This document shows, in pieces, positions 1 through 7,574 of a stretch of 30,000 nt of DNA. The stretch's first letter is position 1. Each line of letters begins with the position of its first letter. The position numbers were made by a program, and so were the translations under genes. The stretch comes from an uncultured Endozoicomonas sp. (GTDB taxonomy: Bacteria; Pseudomonadota; Gammaproteobacteria; Pseudomonadales; Endozoicomonadaceae), in assembly GCA_900299555.1 (NCBI GenBank), contig OODV01000016.1, positions 21,065 through 51,064 of the forward strand, given 5' to 3'. The notes under the pieces are model-generated. The model saw nothing but the letters and a program-made list of their open reading frames with translations. It made no database searches and was not told the origin of the DNA.

Positions 1-260
1 AGATACTTATCGAACAACTGACGTAATTCCTCCCGATACTCTTTCTCCAGCTCATCCAGATCCAGAGACAGGTGATAATCACCGCAGATGGCCGTCAGGA
101 TCTCCACCATCTTCCCGCCTTTGTATTTGATCAGACACTCTTCCAGCGTGACTTGAGCACCATAGCGGGAAAACACATTGACCAGTCCCTGGTTACACAG
201 AATCTCACTATCAACCAGTGTTCCATCACAGTCGAAGATTACACACTCGATGTTATTAAT
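1..260 (-). CDS. HAD-superfamily phosphatase (YieH-like), partial; C-terminus lies beyond the window start
   Basis: The reverse-strand reading frame gives (M)NNIECVIFDCDGTLVDSEILCNQGLVNVFSRYGAQVTLEECLIKYKGGKMVEILTAI..., which carries the HAD motif I DxDGT. It is missing from the ORF track because the frame has no ATG, GTG or TTG. A GGGGAG Shine-Dalgarno sits 6 nt upstream of an in-frame ATT at 260-258, and an in-frame TGA lies at 266-264. Confidence 0.75.
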   Translation of the reverse strand, partial: MNNIECVIFDCDGTLVDSEILCNQGLVNVFSRYGAQVTLEECLIKYKGGKMVEILTAICGDYHLSLDLDELEKEYREELRQLFDKY

Positions 261-319
261 TGTTCACTCCCCATACTGCAAAAGCCCTTTAATGTAAAAA
301 CAGACACTATTGCAGGAAA

Positions 320-1288
320 TTATTCCTGATACTTCAGGCATCGAAGAAAATAGTTAACCCCATCAGACAATGCCTGATTGGATGCGTTCATCACTTTTGA
401 GTAATGAAGAAAAGCATGGAGGGTTCCCGGGTACATTTTGTACTCACACTCTATTCCATGACTTTCGAAAATTTTATAAAGTGCTTCACTGTCATCCAGA
501 AGAGGATCAAATTCGCTGGACGCGATAAAACTGGGAGGAATATTTTCAGATAAGTTATTGTTGAACAGGCAGTAGTAAGCAGCGTCTATCTCCTTATCAC
601 TGTTCAAATACATCTCCTGATAATACTCTAGATCTTCTTTCGTCAAACCATCCCACTCACCGCCGTACAGTTTTCGAGAACAAGAGTCTTTAAGGCCGTA
701 GAGTCCATAATAAAGCAACAGGCATTTGATATACCCGATATCCATTCCAGCATCACGTTGCCAGAGATAACTGGCCAGTGACAGATAAGCTCCAGCAGAG
801 TCTCCGGCATACCCCATGTTTTCACAATCGATGCCATGTTCATGACCATGCTTCAGAAAAAACTGACTGACGGCGACACATTCTTCGATGGCTTGAGGAT
901 ATTTCGCTTCAGGTGACAGGGTATAATCAATACCAATCACAACGGCTCCGGATGCTTCAGCCAGAATCCTCATAATTCGATCATGGGTATTAATGCTGCC
1001 CACAATAAAACCGCCACCATGAATATAAATCAGTGCCGGTGATTGTAATCTTTGGGTTGGGTAGTAGAGCCTTGTTCTTACATGACCGCCTTCGTATTCG
1101 ACATCCAGCTCTTTGATTTTATGCATTTGCGGGCCACCTTCATTCCAGAAAGCCCGACCTTTCTCATAGTCGCTGCGCATCTGCTGCAGTGGGTCACTGC
1201 ATATTTCCTGCCCTGATACTTGTGGTGCACAGTGCAGAGCGGCGGTCATCTCTTCAGACAACCGGCTCAAAACATCAACTTTATTCAT
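320..1288 (-). CDS. aes: Acetyl esterase, hormone-sensitive-lipase family alpha/beta hydrolase (Aes-like)
   Basis: The HGGGF oxyanion motif, the GDSAG nucleophile elbow and a C-terminal PGTLHAFLHYS are present. It aligns by eye along the full length to E. coli Aes as I recall it. I chose the ATG at 1288 (MNKVDVLSRLSEEM) because it matches the Aes N-terminus. The track ORF extends to a TTG at 1372. Confidence 0.85.
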   Translation of the reverse strand: MNKVDVLSRLSEEMTAALHCAPQVSGQEICSDPLQQMRSDYEKGRAFWNEGGPQMHKIKELDVEYEGGHVRTRLYYPTQRLQSPALIYIHGGGFIVGSINTHDRIMRILAEASGAVVIGIDYTLSPEAKYPQAIEECVAVSQFFLKHGHEHGIDCENMGYAGDSAGAYLSLASYLWQRDAGMDIGYIKCLLLYYGLYGLKDSCSRKLYGGEWDGLTKEDLEYYQEMYLNSDKEIDAAYYCLFNNNLSENIPPSFIASSEFDPLLDDSEALYKIFESHGIECEYKMYPGTLHAFLHYSKVMNASNQALSDGVNYFLRCLKYQE

Positions 1289-1455
1289 TCGGAGATTCTG
1301 TGGGTTGTATAAGCTTTTGGACCAATGACAACCAGTCTGGCCATGCTGCAGGGATTTATTGTTGAACCACAAAGAGAGCGAAGAAGCGCTTTTCTTTTCT
1401 CCTGTGATATCCGTGGTTCAATCTTTACCCCATGAAAGGGAGTACATGATAATGA

Positions 1456-2052
1456 TCAGGCAGAAATTTTAGGCTTCACATCGGTGGTACCCATCAGCCG
1501 GGGTCGGTTCAACTCCATTTCAACCAGTGGCATCACCTCTTTCATGGTTTTGCCAGAGCGGATGGCCAGATCCTGATACTCTTTGGTATTCAAGCCTTTC
1601 CAGTGCATGTCCTGGTCAGACACCTGACGAATCGGTTTGGCCGGTGAACCAATCAAAAGCTGCCTTGCTTCACCCTGAAAGCCAGCTTTCACAAAACTCA
1701 TGGCCGCTACAATGCTCTCTTCCCCGATAACGGCACCGTCCATTACCACCGAGTTCATGCCAACCAGTGCATTTCGACGGATGACACAACCGTGAAGAAT
1801 AGCCCCATGGCCGATATGTCCATCACGTTCGACAACCGTGTCCATATCACAGTAGCCATGCATTACACAGCCATCCTGAAGGTTGGCACCCTCCTCCAGA
1901 ATCAAACGACCATAGTCGCCTCTCAGACTGGCAACAGGACCAATATAAACACCCGGACCAACTATCACATCACCAATCAATACCGCGGTTGGATGGACAT
2001 AGGCAGTAGGGTCTACCACCGGTACCAGTCCTTCAAACTCATAACAGGGCAT
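1456..2052 (-). CDS. caiE: Carnitine operon protein CaiE (left-handed beta-helix, hexapeptide-repeat / gamma-carbonic-anhydrase-like family)
   Basis: The 198-aa product contains [34 protein letters not shown]...SLRGDYGRL...[11 protein letters not shown]...[11 protein letters not shown]. It is near-colinear with E. coli CaiE as recalled. An AAGGGAGA ribosome-binding site lies just upstream of the ATG. Confidence 0.9.
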   Translation of the reverse strand: MPCYEFEGLVPVVDPTAYVHPTAVLIGDVIVGPGVYIGPVASLRGDYGRLILEEGANLQDGCVMHGYCDMDTVVERDGHIGHGAILHGCVIRRNALVGMNSVVMDGAVIGEESIVAAMSFVKAGFQGEARQLLIGSPAKPIRQVSDQDMHWKGLNTKEYQDLAIRSGKTMKEVMPLVEMELNRPRLMGTTDVKPKISA

Positions 2053-2065
2053 TACGATATCTCCC

Positions 2066-2157
2066 TTAAAAAACGCAGCCCGTCACCCGCTGCCCGCTTC
2101 CCGTATAAGCGAAGATTATCCTAGCTTTTACGGGCGACGGGCGACGGGCAGCGGGAG
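2066..2157 (-). terminator. GC-rich imperfect palindrome followed, on the minus-strand transcript, by a U6 tract; terminator- or attenuator-like element between fixX and caiE (copy A of a repeated element)
   Basis: cccgctgcccg (2086-2096) pairs perfectly with cgggcagcggg (2145-2155), and cccgta (2100-2105) pairs with tacggg (2129-2134). gcccgtc (2079-2085) can alternatively pair with either of two tandem gacgggc copies (2136-2142, 2143-2149). The plus-strand A6 at 2068-2073 gives a U6 after the structure on the minus transcript. Confidence 0.55.
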
Positions 2158-2179
2158 GTGAATAGCGTTTTAAAATTAC

Positions 2180-2467
2180 TCAGCCGTAGCGGAACTCAAT
2201 CCCAAAGGTACCCTGTGGGTAGTGCCATTTTTTGATAATGGTGTCACCACAGAGAATACGGCAGGTGCCACACTCCAGGCAGCCAGCGGAGTCAAAATGG
2301 ATATTGCCATTTTCGTCACGCTTGTAAAGGCCCGCAGGGCAGGCAGCTTCCAGCTTGGCAAATTCTGCCGGATCCGGATTCTCAACCAGTTCGATATGAG
2401 GATTGCCTTCATCAACAAAGAATTTGTTAATGCCCAGCTTTACATCAACATTGACCTTCTCGCTCAT
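2180..2467 (-). CDS. fixX: Ferredoxin-like protein FixX
   Basis: The product is 95 aa, the same length as E. coli FixX, with Cys motifs ACPAGLY...CLECGTCRILC. Its start overlaps the fixC stop as ATGA. Confidence 0.9.
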   Translation of the reverse strand: MSEKVNVDVKLGINKFFVDEGNPHIELVENPDPAEFAKLEAACPAGLYKRDENGNIHFDSAGCLECGTCRILCGDTIIKKWHYPQGTFGIEFRYG

Positions 2468-3750
2468 AGCGCAGTCGCTCCCTTGAAGCCATCTTTGATC
2501 AGGTTCATGAAACCGGCCTGCTTCAGGTGAGGCATCACAATTTTCCGCAGTGGAGCAGAAGTGCCGTTCATGGTGTAAAGGTCTTTCATGATGCCGGTCA
2601 TCATGGTTGGATACTGGTTAAACATTCTTGGGTTATCCAGGAAGCCGGGAACCTTCTTATAGAGCTGAAGGTCTTTCATCACAAAGCTGTTATCCAGCGT
2701 TGTTTTGTAGGAAGCCAGGCCTGCTTCACTGAAGTCGCCCGCCTCTTTAGCCTTGATGATAGCATTGGCAGCCGCTTCACCGGAGGCAATGGCCAGGTCC
2801 ATTCCCCGAATGGTAAAGCCAATATTCAGACAGAGACCTGCGGCATCACCGGCAATCAGAACGCCATCACCCACCATCTTCGGCACCATGTCATAACCAC
2901 CTTCCGGTACAACGTGGGCAGAGTACTCAACGGTCTTACCACCAGCGATCAGCGGCTTAACGGTTGGATGATTTTTGAAGTCTTCCATCATCTGAGGAAT
3001 GCTTTTGCTGACCTTGTCGATGTTATGCAGACCAAACACCAGCCCCAGAGAAACGCTGTCTTCATTGGTGTACAGGAAGCCACCGCCCATCTGGCCATCA
3101 GAAGGTGAGCCAACAAACAGCCAGGCAGCACCTTCATTATCCATGCAGCCAAAACGATCGTTGATCTGCTGGCGGCTCAGCTCAATGACTTCCTTAACAC
3201 CCACACCGGTGTTGTGTGCATTTACACCGGTCACCATGCCCAGCTTCTGGCCCAGCATGGAGTTCACACCATCAGCAAGAAGCACGACATCGGCTTCCAT
3301 CTCTTCGCCACCGGCAATAACACCGCAGACCTTACCGTCGCGAACAATCAGGTCATCAACATGAACACCCGGAACAATGCTGGCACCTTCAGATTCAGCT
3401 TGTTCTGCCAGCCACTGATCAAATTTTGAACGCAGCACAGCATAAGAGCGACTGCCTGGATCTGCGGCTTCAGGGCTTGCATAGTCAAGCGTCACACTGC
3501 TGCTGCCATCCATAAAAGAGACCTTTTCATGGACAATGCAGCGCTCAACTGGTGCTTCTTCAGCAAAGTTGGGGAAAATTTTCTCGATACTGTGGGCATA
3601 AAGACGACCACCGGTCACATTCTTTGACCCTGGAAAATTGCCCCGTTCAATGACCAGTGTTTCCAGACCGGCCTTGGCTAACAGGTACGCACTGATGCAA
3701 CCGGCAAGTCCTGCCCCGACAATGATTACATCAAATTTATCTTCGGACAT
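2464..3750 (-). CDS. fixC: FixC, FAD-dependent ETF-quinone-oxidoreductase-like flavoprotein
   Basis: The product is 428 aa, matching E. coli FixC in length. It has an N-terminal DVIIVGAGLAGC dinucleotide-binding motif plus GGRLYAH, GGGFLYTN and VLIAGDAAG, and is colinear with FixC as recalled. Confidence 0.92.
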   Translation of the reverse strand: MSEDKFDVIIVGAGLAGCISAYLLAKAGLETLVIERGNFPGSKNVTGGRLYAHSIEKIFPNFAEEAPVERCIVHEKVSFMDGSSSVTLDYASPEAADPGSRSYAVLRSKFDQWLAEQAESEGASIVPGVHVDDLIVRDGKVCGVIAGGEEMEADVVLLADGVNSMLGQKLGMVTGVNAHNTGVGVKEVIELSRQQINDRFGCMDNEGAAWLFVGSPSDGQMGGGFLYTNEDSVSLGLVFGLHNIDKVSKSIPQMMEDFKNHPTVKPLIAGGKTVEYSAHVVPEGGYDMVPKMVGDGVLIAGDAAGLCLNIGFTIRGMDLAIASGEAAANAIIKAKEAGDFSEAGLASYKTTLDNSFVMKDLQLYKKVPGFLDNPRMFNQYPTMMTGIMKDLYTMNGTSAPLRKIVMPHLKQAGFMNLIKDGFKGATAL

Positions 3751-3828
3751 GGTGTCCCCTCACTTCTAACGATATGCACCTGGTAGTGCAATTCCATTTA
3801 TTGATTAAACTTTTCCGGCCCACGCTGT

Positions 3829-5427
3829 TTATTGGCTTAAAAGAGCGTTATATGGGATGGCCCAGTAATAGATAAGAAAGGTGGAAACCAATACCCCGGC
3901 AGCCACCATAATCCAGCCGTAGTAGCGACTTCTGACATACTCTGCTGCCACTGTTTCTGATGCGGGTATCTGGTGAATTTTGTTCTGGTAAGTAATCTCT
4001 TCCATGGTTTTGGTCTGGCCTTTTGAGCCCCAGATACCCAGCACAATGCTGATGGCTACGCCAATAAAGAAAGGATCAAAAAGATTAACCAGCGGCACGC
4101 CAGCCAGCTCTTTAAGCAGCTTAGCGACCATATATCCAAAGAAACCGCCCGCCATGGCCAGGTAAGCGCCACGTTCTGTCAACTTCTTACTCCAGACACT
4201 GGCAAAAGCAACGTAACCCCAGGATGCCGCGATAATCGTGCTGGCAAACCAGGCAATGACACGAATACTGGCCATATCCATACTGGCGATCATCAGTGAC
4301 AGCAAACTGACCAGCAGCATCATCCCACGGGTAAAGCGAAGCTGTGATTTCTCACTGGCAAACTTGATATTCAGAATGTCGCTGGACAGGCTGAAGCCCA
4401 CCACCGATAGAAAAGTGCATGCGGAGGTGAGACCGGCTGTCAGAATACCCGCCAGTAAGGCAACACCCACAAGTGGAGGCATCAGTTCCATAGCCGCCCA
4501 GATCATGACCTTTTCAGGCTGATCCATCGCTGAATTCACAGGAATGACACTGATGGACATCAGATAGAGGTAGAGCAAAAAGATTACCGTCAGTAGTGCC
4601 ATCATCACACTGGAGCGCAGGATGACCTGCTCATTTCGAGCCATCAGGTTACGGCCAGCCTGCCATGGGCTGACGGCAACGGTTACCAGCCAGATAATCC
4701 CCATGGTAATGCCGTAAAACACCATATCAAACTCGGAGCCACCACGAGGGTTACCGTGGTAATCCAGCAGTCCCGGTGGCGTTTCTGGATTACGGGCCAG
4801 CGTATCAAGCAGATTCTCAAGACCACCCGCAGCTTCAAATACATAAGGCCCGGCAAAGATCGTGATGCCCAGGAAGAACAGGCACATAACAGTGTCTGTT
4901 AATACGCTTCCACGAGCACCGGAATAGAAGGTAAACAGGGTAATGCCGACCCAGGCAATCAAAAGACAGGTTACACGACTGTAACCAGTTAATGTTTCCA
5001 TCAGCAGGCCGGTACCCTGTAGAACACTGATCAGATAAGCGAACAGGGAGGCTACCGTAATCATGGCAGCAAGCCGGCGAATACGAACACTGTTGAACCG
5101 ATGAGAAAAATAGGTGGGCATGGTATTAACCATGGCCCTGCGAATATAGCGACCAAAAAACAGGCCACCGATCACATACCCTCCAGCACAGAGCGTATTC
5201 AGTAAAAGCATGGTGGTAATGTTGCCACCGTAGCTGAAAGCGGTATCCCCCATAAACCCATTAGTACTGAGCATGGAGGCAAATAAGGTGCAGGTAATGA
5301 ATAACGTGGGAGCATTGCGACCGCAGACATAATAATCATCAATGCCTTTAACCTTCATTCCGGCGTATGCACCAATCAACACGAATACAACAATGCTGAC
5401 AAGAACGCCGGCGGCATAAATACTCAT
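3829..5427 (-). CDS. Sodium:solute symporter (SSS) family transporter, substrate unknown
   Basis: The 532-aa polytopic membrane protein has an SSS-typical N-terminal region, GIDDYYVCGRNAPTLFITCTLFASMLSTNGFMGDTAFSYGG, and many hydrophobic segments. It lies between fixB and fixC. Confidence 0.85.
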   Translation of the reverse strand: MSIYAAGVLVSIVVFVLIGAYAGMKVKGIDDYYVCGRNAPTLFITCTLFASMLSTNGFMGDTAFSYGGNITTMLLLNTLCAGGYVIGGLFFGRYIRRAMVNTMPTYFSHRFNSVRIRRLAAMITVASLFAYLISVLQGTGLLMETLTGYSRVTCLLIAWVGITLFTFYSGARGSVLTDTVMCLFFLGITIFAGPYVFEAAGGLENLLDTLARNPETPPGLLDYHGNPRGGSEFDMVFYGITMGIIWLVTVAVSPWQAGRNLMARNEQVILRSSVMMALLTVIFLLYLYLMSISVIPVNSAMDQPEKVMIWAAMELMPPLVGVALLAGILTAGLTSACTFLSVVGFSLSSDILNIKFASEKSQLRFTRGMMLLVSLLSLMIASMDMASIRVIAWFASTIIAASWGYVAFASVWSKKLTERGAYLAMAGGFFGYMVAKLLKELAGVPLVNLFDPFFIGVAISIVLGIWGSKGQTKTMEEITYQNKIHQIPASETVAAEYVRSRYYGWIMVAAGVLVSTFLIYYWAIPYNALLSQ

Positions 5428-5621
5428 AACCCACTTCCCACAGGTGCGCCCGGTAATGCTTCCGGTGCTGTCACAGATGTTTCTTCAATATTGTTACTAT
5501 CAATGCTTTGCTGATCGTTAGAATTGTGTCTTTTTTGCTCAAGATATAAGACTCTATTCATCAACAGGCCAACACCTGACAGAAAGCTGCCAATAAACAA
5601 TGAAAAAATGATTTCACCCAT
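5424..5621 (-). CDS. Small single-pass membrane protein, possible accessory subunit of the SSS transporter
   Basis: The 65-aa product has an N-terminal hydrophobic helix (IIFSLFIGSFLSGVGLLM) and a polar tail. Its stop overlaps the SSS start as ATGA, which suggests translational coupling. A GGGAGA ribosome-binding site lies upstream. I recognise no family. Confidence 0.45.
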   Translation of the reverse strand: MGEIIFSLFIGSFLSGVGLLMNRVLYLEQKRHNSNDQQSIDSNNIEETSVTAPEALPGAPVGSGL

Positions 5622-5662
5622 GATTGAACGTCTCCCTGCCAGTTATAAGAACGCTTTCCGCA

Positions 5663-5722
5663 ACCCGCTGGCCGCTTCCCGTAAAAACATGTGTCTTATC
5701 ATTTTCGGGAAGTGACCAGCGG
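5663..5722. repeat. GC-rich palindromic element, copy B (REP-like), between fixB and the small ORF
   Basis: ccgctggccgcttcccg (5665-5681) pairs with cgggaagtgaccagcgg (5706-5722), 17 bp with 2 mismatches. The 21-mer acccgctggccgcttcccgta (5663-5683) matches 2085-2105 at 20 of 21 positions, in the same orientation. Confidence 0.6.
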
Positions 5723-5748
5723 AGAGCGGACGGCGAATCAGCTGATGC

Positions 5749-6695
5749 TTATTTCTCGCCAAACGCAGCAGTCAGTGCTGGCACGATCTTGTAAAGATCG
5801 CCAACAATGCCGTAGTCCGCGTATTGGAAGATTGGAGCATTTTTGTCCTTGTTCACTGCAACAATCACCTGGGCACTGTTGGCAGCAACCATGTGCTGGA
5901 TCTGACCGGAAATACCCAGTGCCAGATACAGTTCTGGTTTTGGCATCACACCGGAGATACCCACATAACGCTCCTGCTCCAGCCACTTCTCGCTCTCAGC
6001 GATCGGACGGGAACAACCCAGCTCAGCATCAATGGCAGCACCCAGGGCTTCCGCCATGGCGATATCTTCTTTTTTGGCAATACCACGGCCAATACTGACG
6101 ATACGTTTGGCCTTACCCAGGTCTACCTGAGTAGCCTGCTAGGCTGACGCTCCAGACACTTGATGGCTGCTTTTGGTGCAACGAATTCAACGTTGATGGT
6201 TTCACCGGTTCTGGCAGCGTCTTCGCTTTCAGGTGCAAATACACCACCACTGACAACCATCACGGCAAACGGAGAAGCCACTTTCTCCTGACCGTGGGCA
6301 AGACCACCGTAAACCATGCGCTTACCGGTAACACCGCCGTCTTCAACGGTCACGTCATACGCTTCAGTTACCACACCCGCCTTCAGCTTAACGCCCAGCA
6401 GAGAAGCCAGAGCTTTACAGCAGCGAGTGCCTGGCAGCAGAATCAATGCAGAGTCCGCAGCTTCAGAGATGGCCTTGGCCATGGTGTCAGCGTAATCTTC
6501 AACAATGCGTGAAGTTTCTCTGGCACCCAACAGATAAACTTTGTCAGCACCCTGGGCGTAGGCTTTTGCTACATCACCATCGGTGCCAATCACAAAAGCA
6601 GAAACCACATCACCCAGTTCACGGGCACCGGCAAGTACTTCTGCCTGACGGGATTCGACGTCGCTGAAAACCCAAACGTTTGCAATCTTACTCAT
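5749..6695 (-). pseudogene. fixB: fixB (ETF alpha-subunit homologue) interrupted by a frameshift
   Basis: ORF 6123-6695 (190 aa, MSKIANVWVFSD...EFVAPKAAIKCLERQ) matches the FixB N-terminal domain. A different frame, open from 6138 down to 5749, encodes [52 protein letters not shown]...[19 protein letters not shown], which matches the FAD-binding C-terminal domain. The frame change maps to about 6126-6143. Confidence 0.8.
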
Positions 6696-6706
6696 TGGTC
6701 AACCTA

Positions 6707-7486
6707 TCAATTCAGAATTTTACGCAGGTGGCTTACCAGCTCAGCGATTTGATCTTCACCGTCGCCTTCAATCATGACGTTGAGGCGTTCTTTCTGCTTG
6801 GGTGCTTTGGTTTCCAGCAATTCAACCGATGCTGTGCCCTGCGCTACGCCCAGCGCTGATGGTGTCATCGTACCTACTGGCTTCTTACCGGCAGCCAGAA
6901 TGGCCTTCATGCCAGGAATCGCAGGGGTGTTGATGTCTGCAGAAACAGAGATAACGGCGGGCAGAGTGACTTCCAGCACTTCCACTTCACTTTCCAGTGC
7001 ACGCTCAACCACCAGTTTGCCGTTGTCCGCAGAAACAATTTTGCTGACGCCGCTCAGGGTGGCGACATCCAGCAGTGCACCCAGACGGGTACCGACCTGC
7101 TGAGCCAGAAGGTCTCCGGAACCGTCACCACACAGGATCAGGTCAAAGCCAATCTCTCTGGCAGCAGTTGCCATCACTTCGGCCGTCTGCTCTGGCAGCA
7201 GATGCGTATAGGCATCGTCCATAACCGCAGTCATGGCGTCAGGACCGCGGGACAGGATGTCTTTACGGGCCTTGCTGTTTTCCAGGGTCTTGTCACCCAC
7301 GCTCAGAGCGGTGATGTGGGCTTCACCCACCAGGCCTTTTACTTCAACAGCTGCTTCAATAGCATTCAGATCAAATGGGCTGATCTTTGGCGTTGCACGG
7401 CTAACGTCCAGTGAGCCATCGGCCTGTACAACGATATCCTGCTCTTCAGGTACCAGTTTGCATCCAACAATAATTTTCATAGTCAT
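6707..7486 (-). CDS. fixA: FixA (ETF beta-subunit homologue)
   Basis: The 259-aa product contains MKIIVGCKLVPEEQDI...ISPFDLNAIEAA...LSRGPD...LILCGDGSGDL...IPGMKAILAAGKKP, colinear with E. coli FixA as recalled. The start could instead be the second ATG at 7480. Confidence 0.92.
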   Translation of the reverse strand: MTMKIIVGCKLVPEEQDIVVQADGSLDVSRATPKISPFDLNAIEAAVEVKGLVGEAHITALSVGDKTLENSKARKDILSRGPDAMTAVMDDAYTHLLPEQTAEVMATAAREIGFDLILCGDGSGDLLAQQVGTRLGALLDVATLSGVSKIVSADNGKLVVERALESEVEVLEVTLPAVISVSADINTPAIPGMKAILAAGKKPVGTMTPSALGVAQGTASVELLETKAPKQKERLNVMIEGDGEDQIAELVSHLRKILN

Positions 7487-7574
7487 TCAGCTTTCTACCT
7501 AAACTGCCCGGAGCACTCTGCCCCGGACATACTTCAAAACGACCTCTGCTCACCGGAACAGAGGGAGTGCATCT

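Noticed and set aside
72-329. 85-aa plus-strand ORF
   Set aside because: It is antisense to the HAD phosphatase frame (DxDGT motif) and extends into the aes 3' end. It has no supporting features.
1289-1372. N-terminal extension of the aes ORF to a TTG start (350 aa)
   Set aside because: The extension (MWFNNKSLQHGQTGCHWSKSLYNPQNLR) has no counterpart in Aes. The ATG at 1288 reproduces the Aes N-terminus and length. The shorter call is preferred, although it has no obvious Shine-Dalgarno.
5749-6695. Treating 6123-6695 and 5749-6057 as two independent genes
   Set aside because: Together they are colinear with a single FixB. Homology continues upstream of the 6057 ATG in the second frame right up to the frame switch. 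A frameshifted single gene is the simpler reading.
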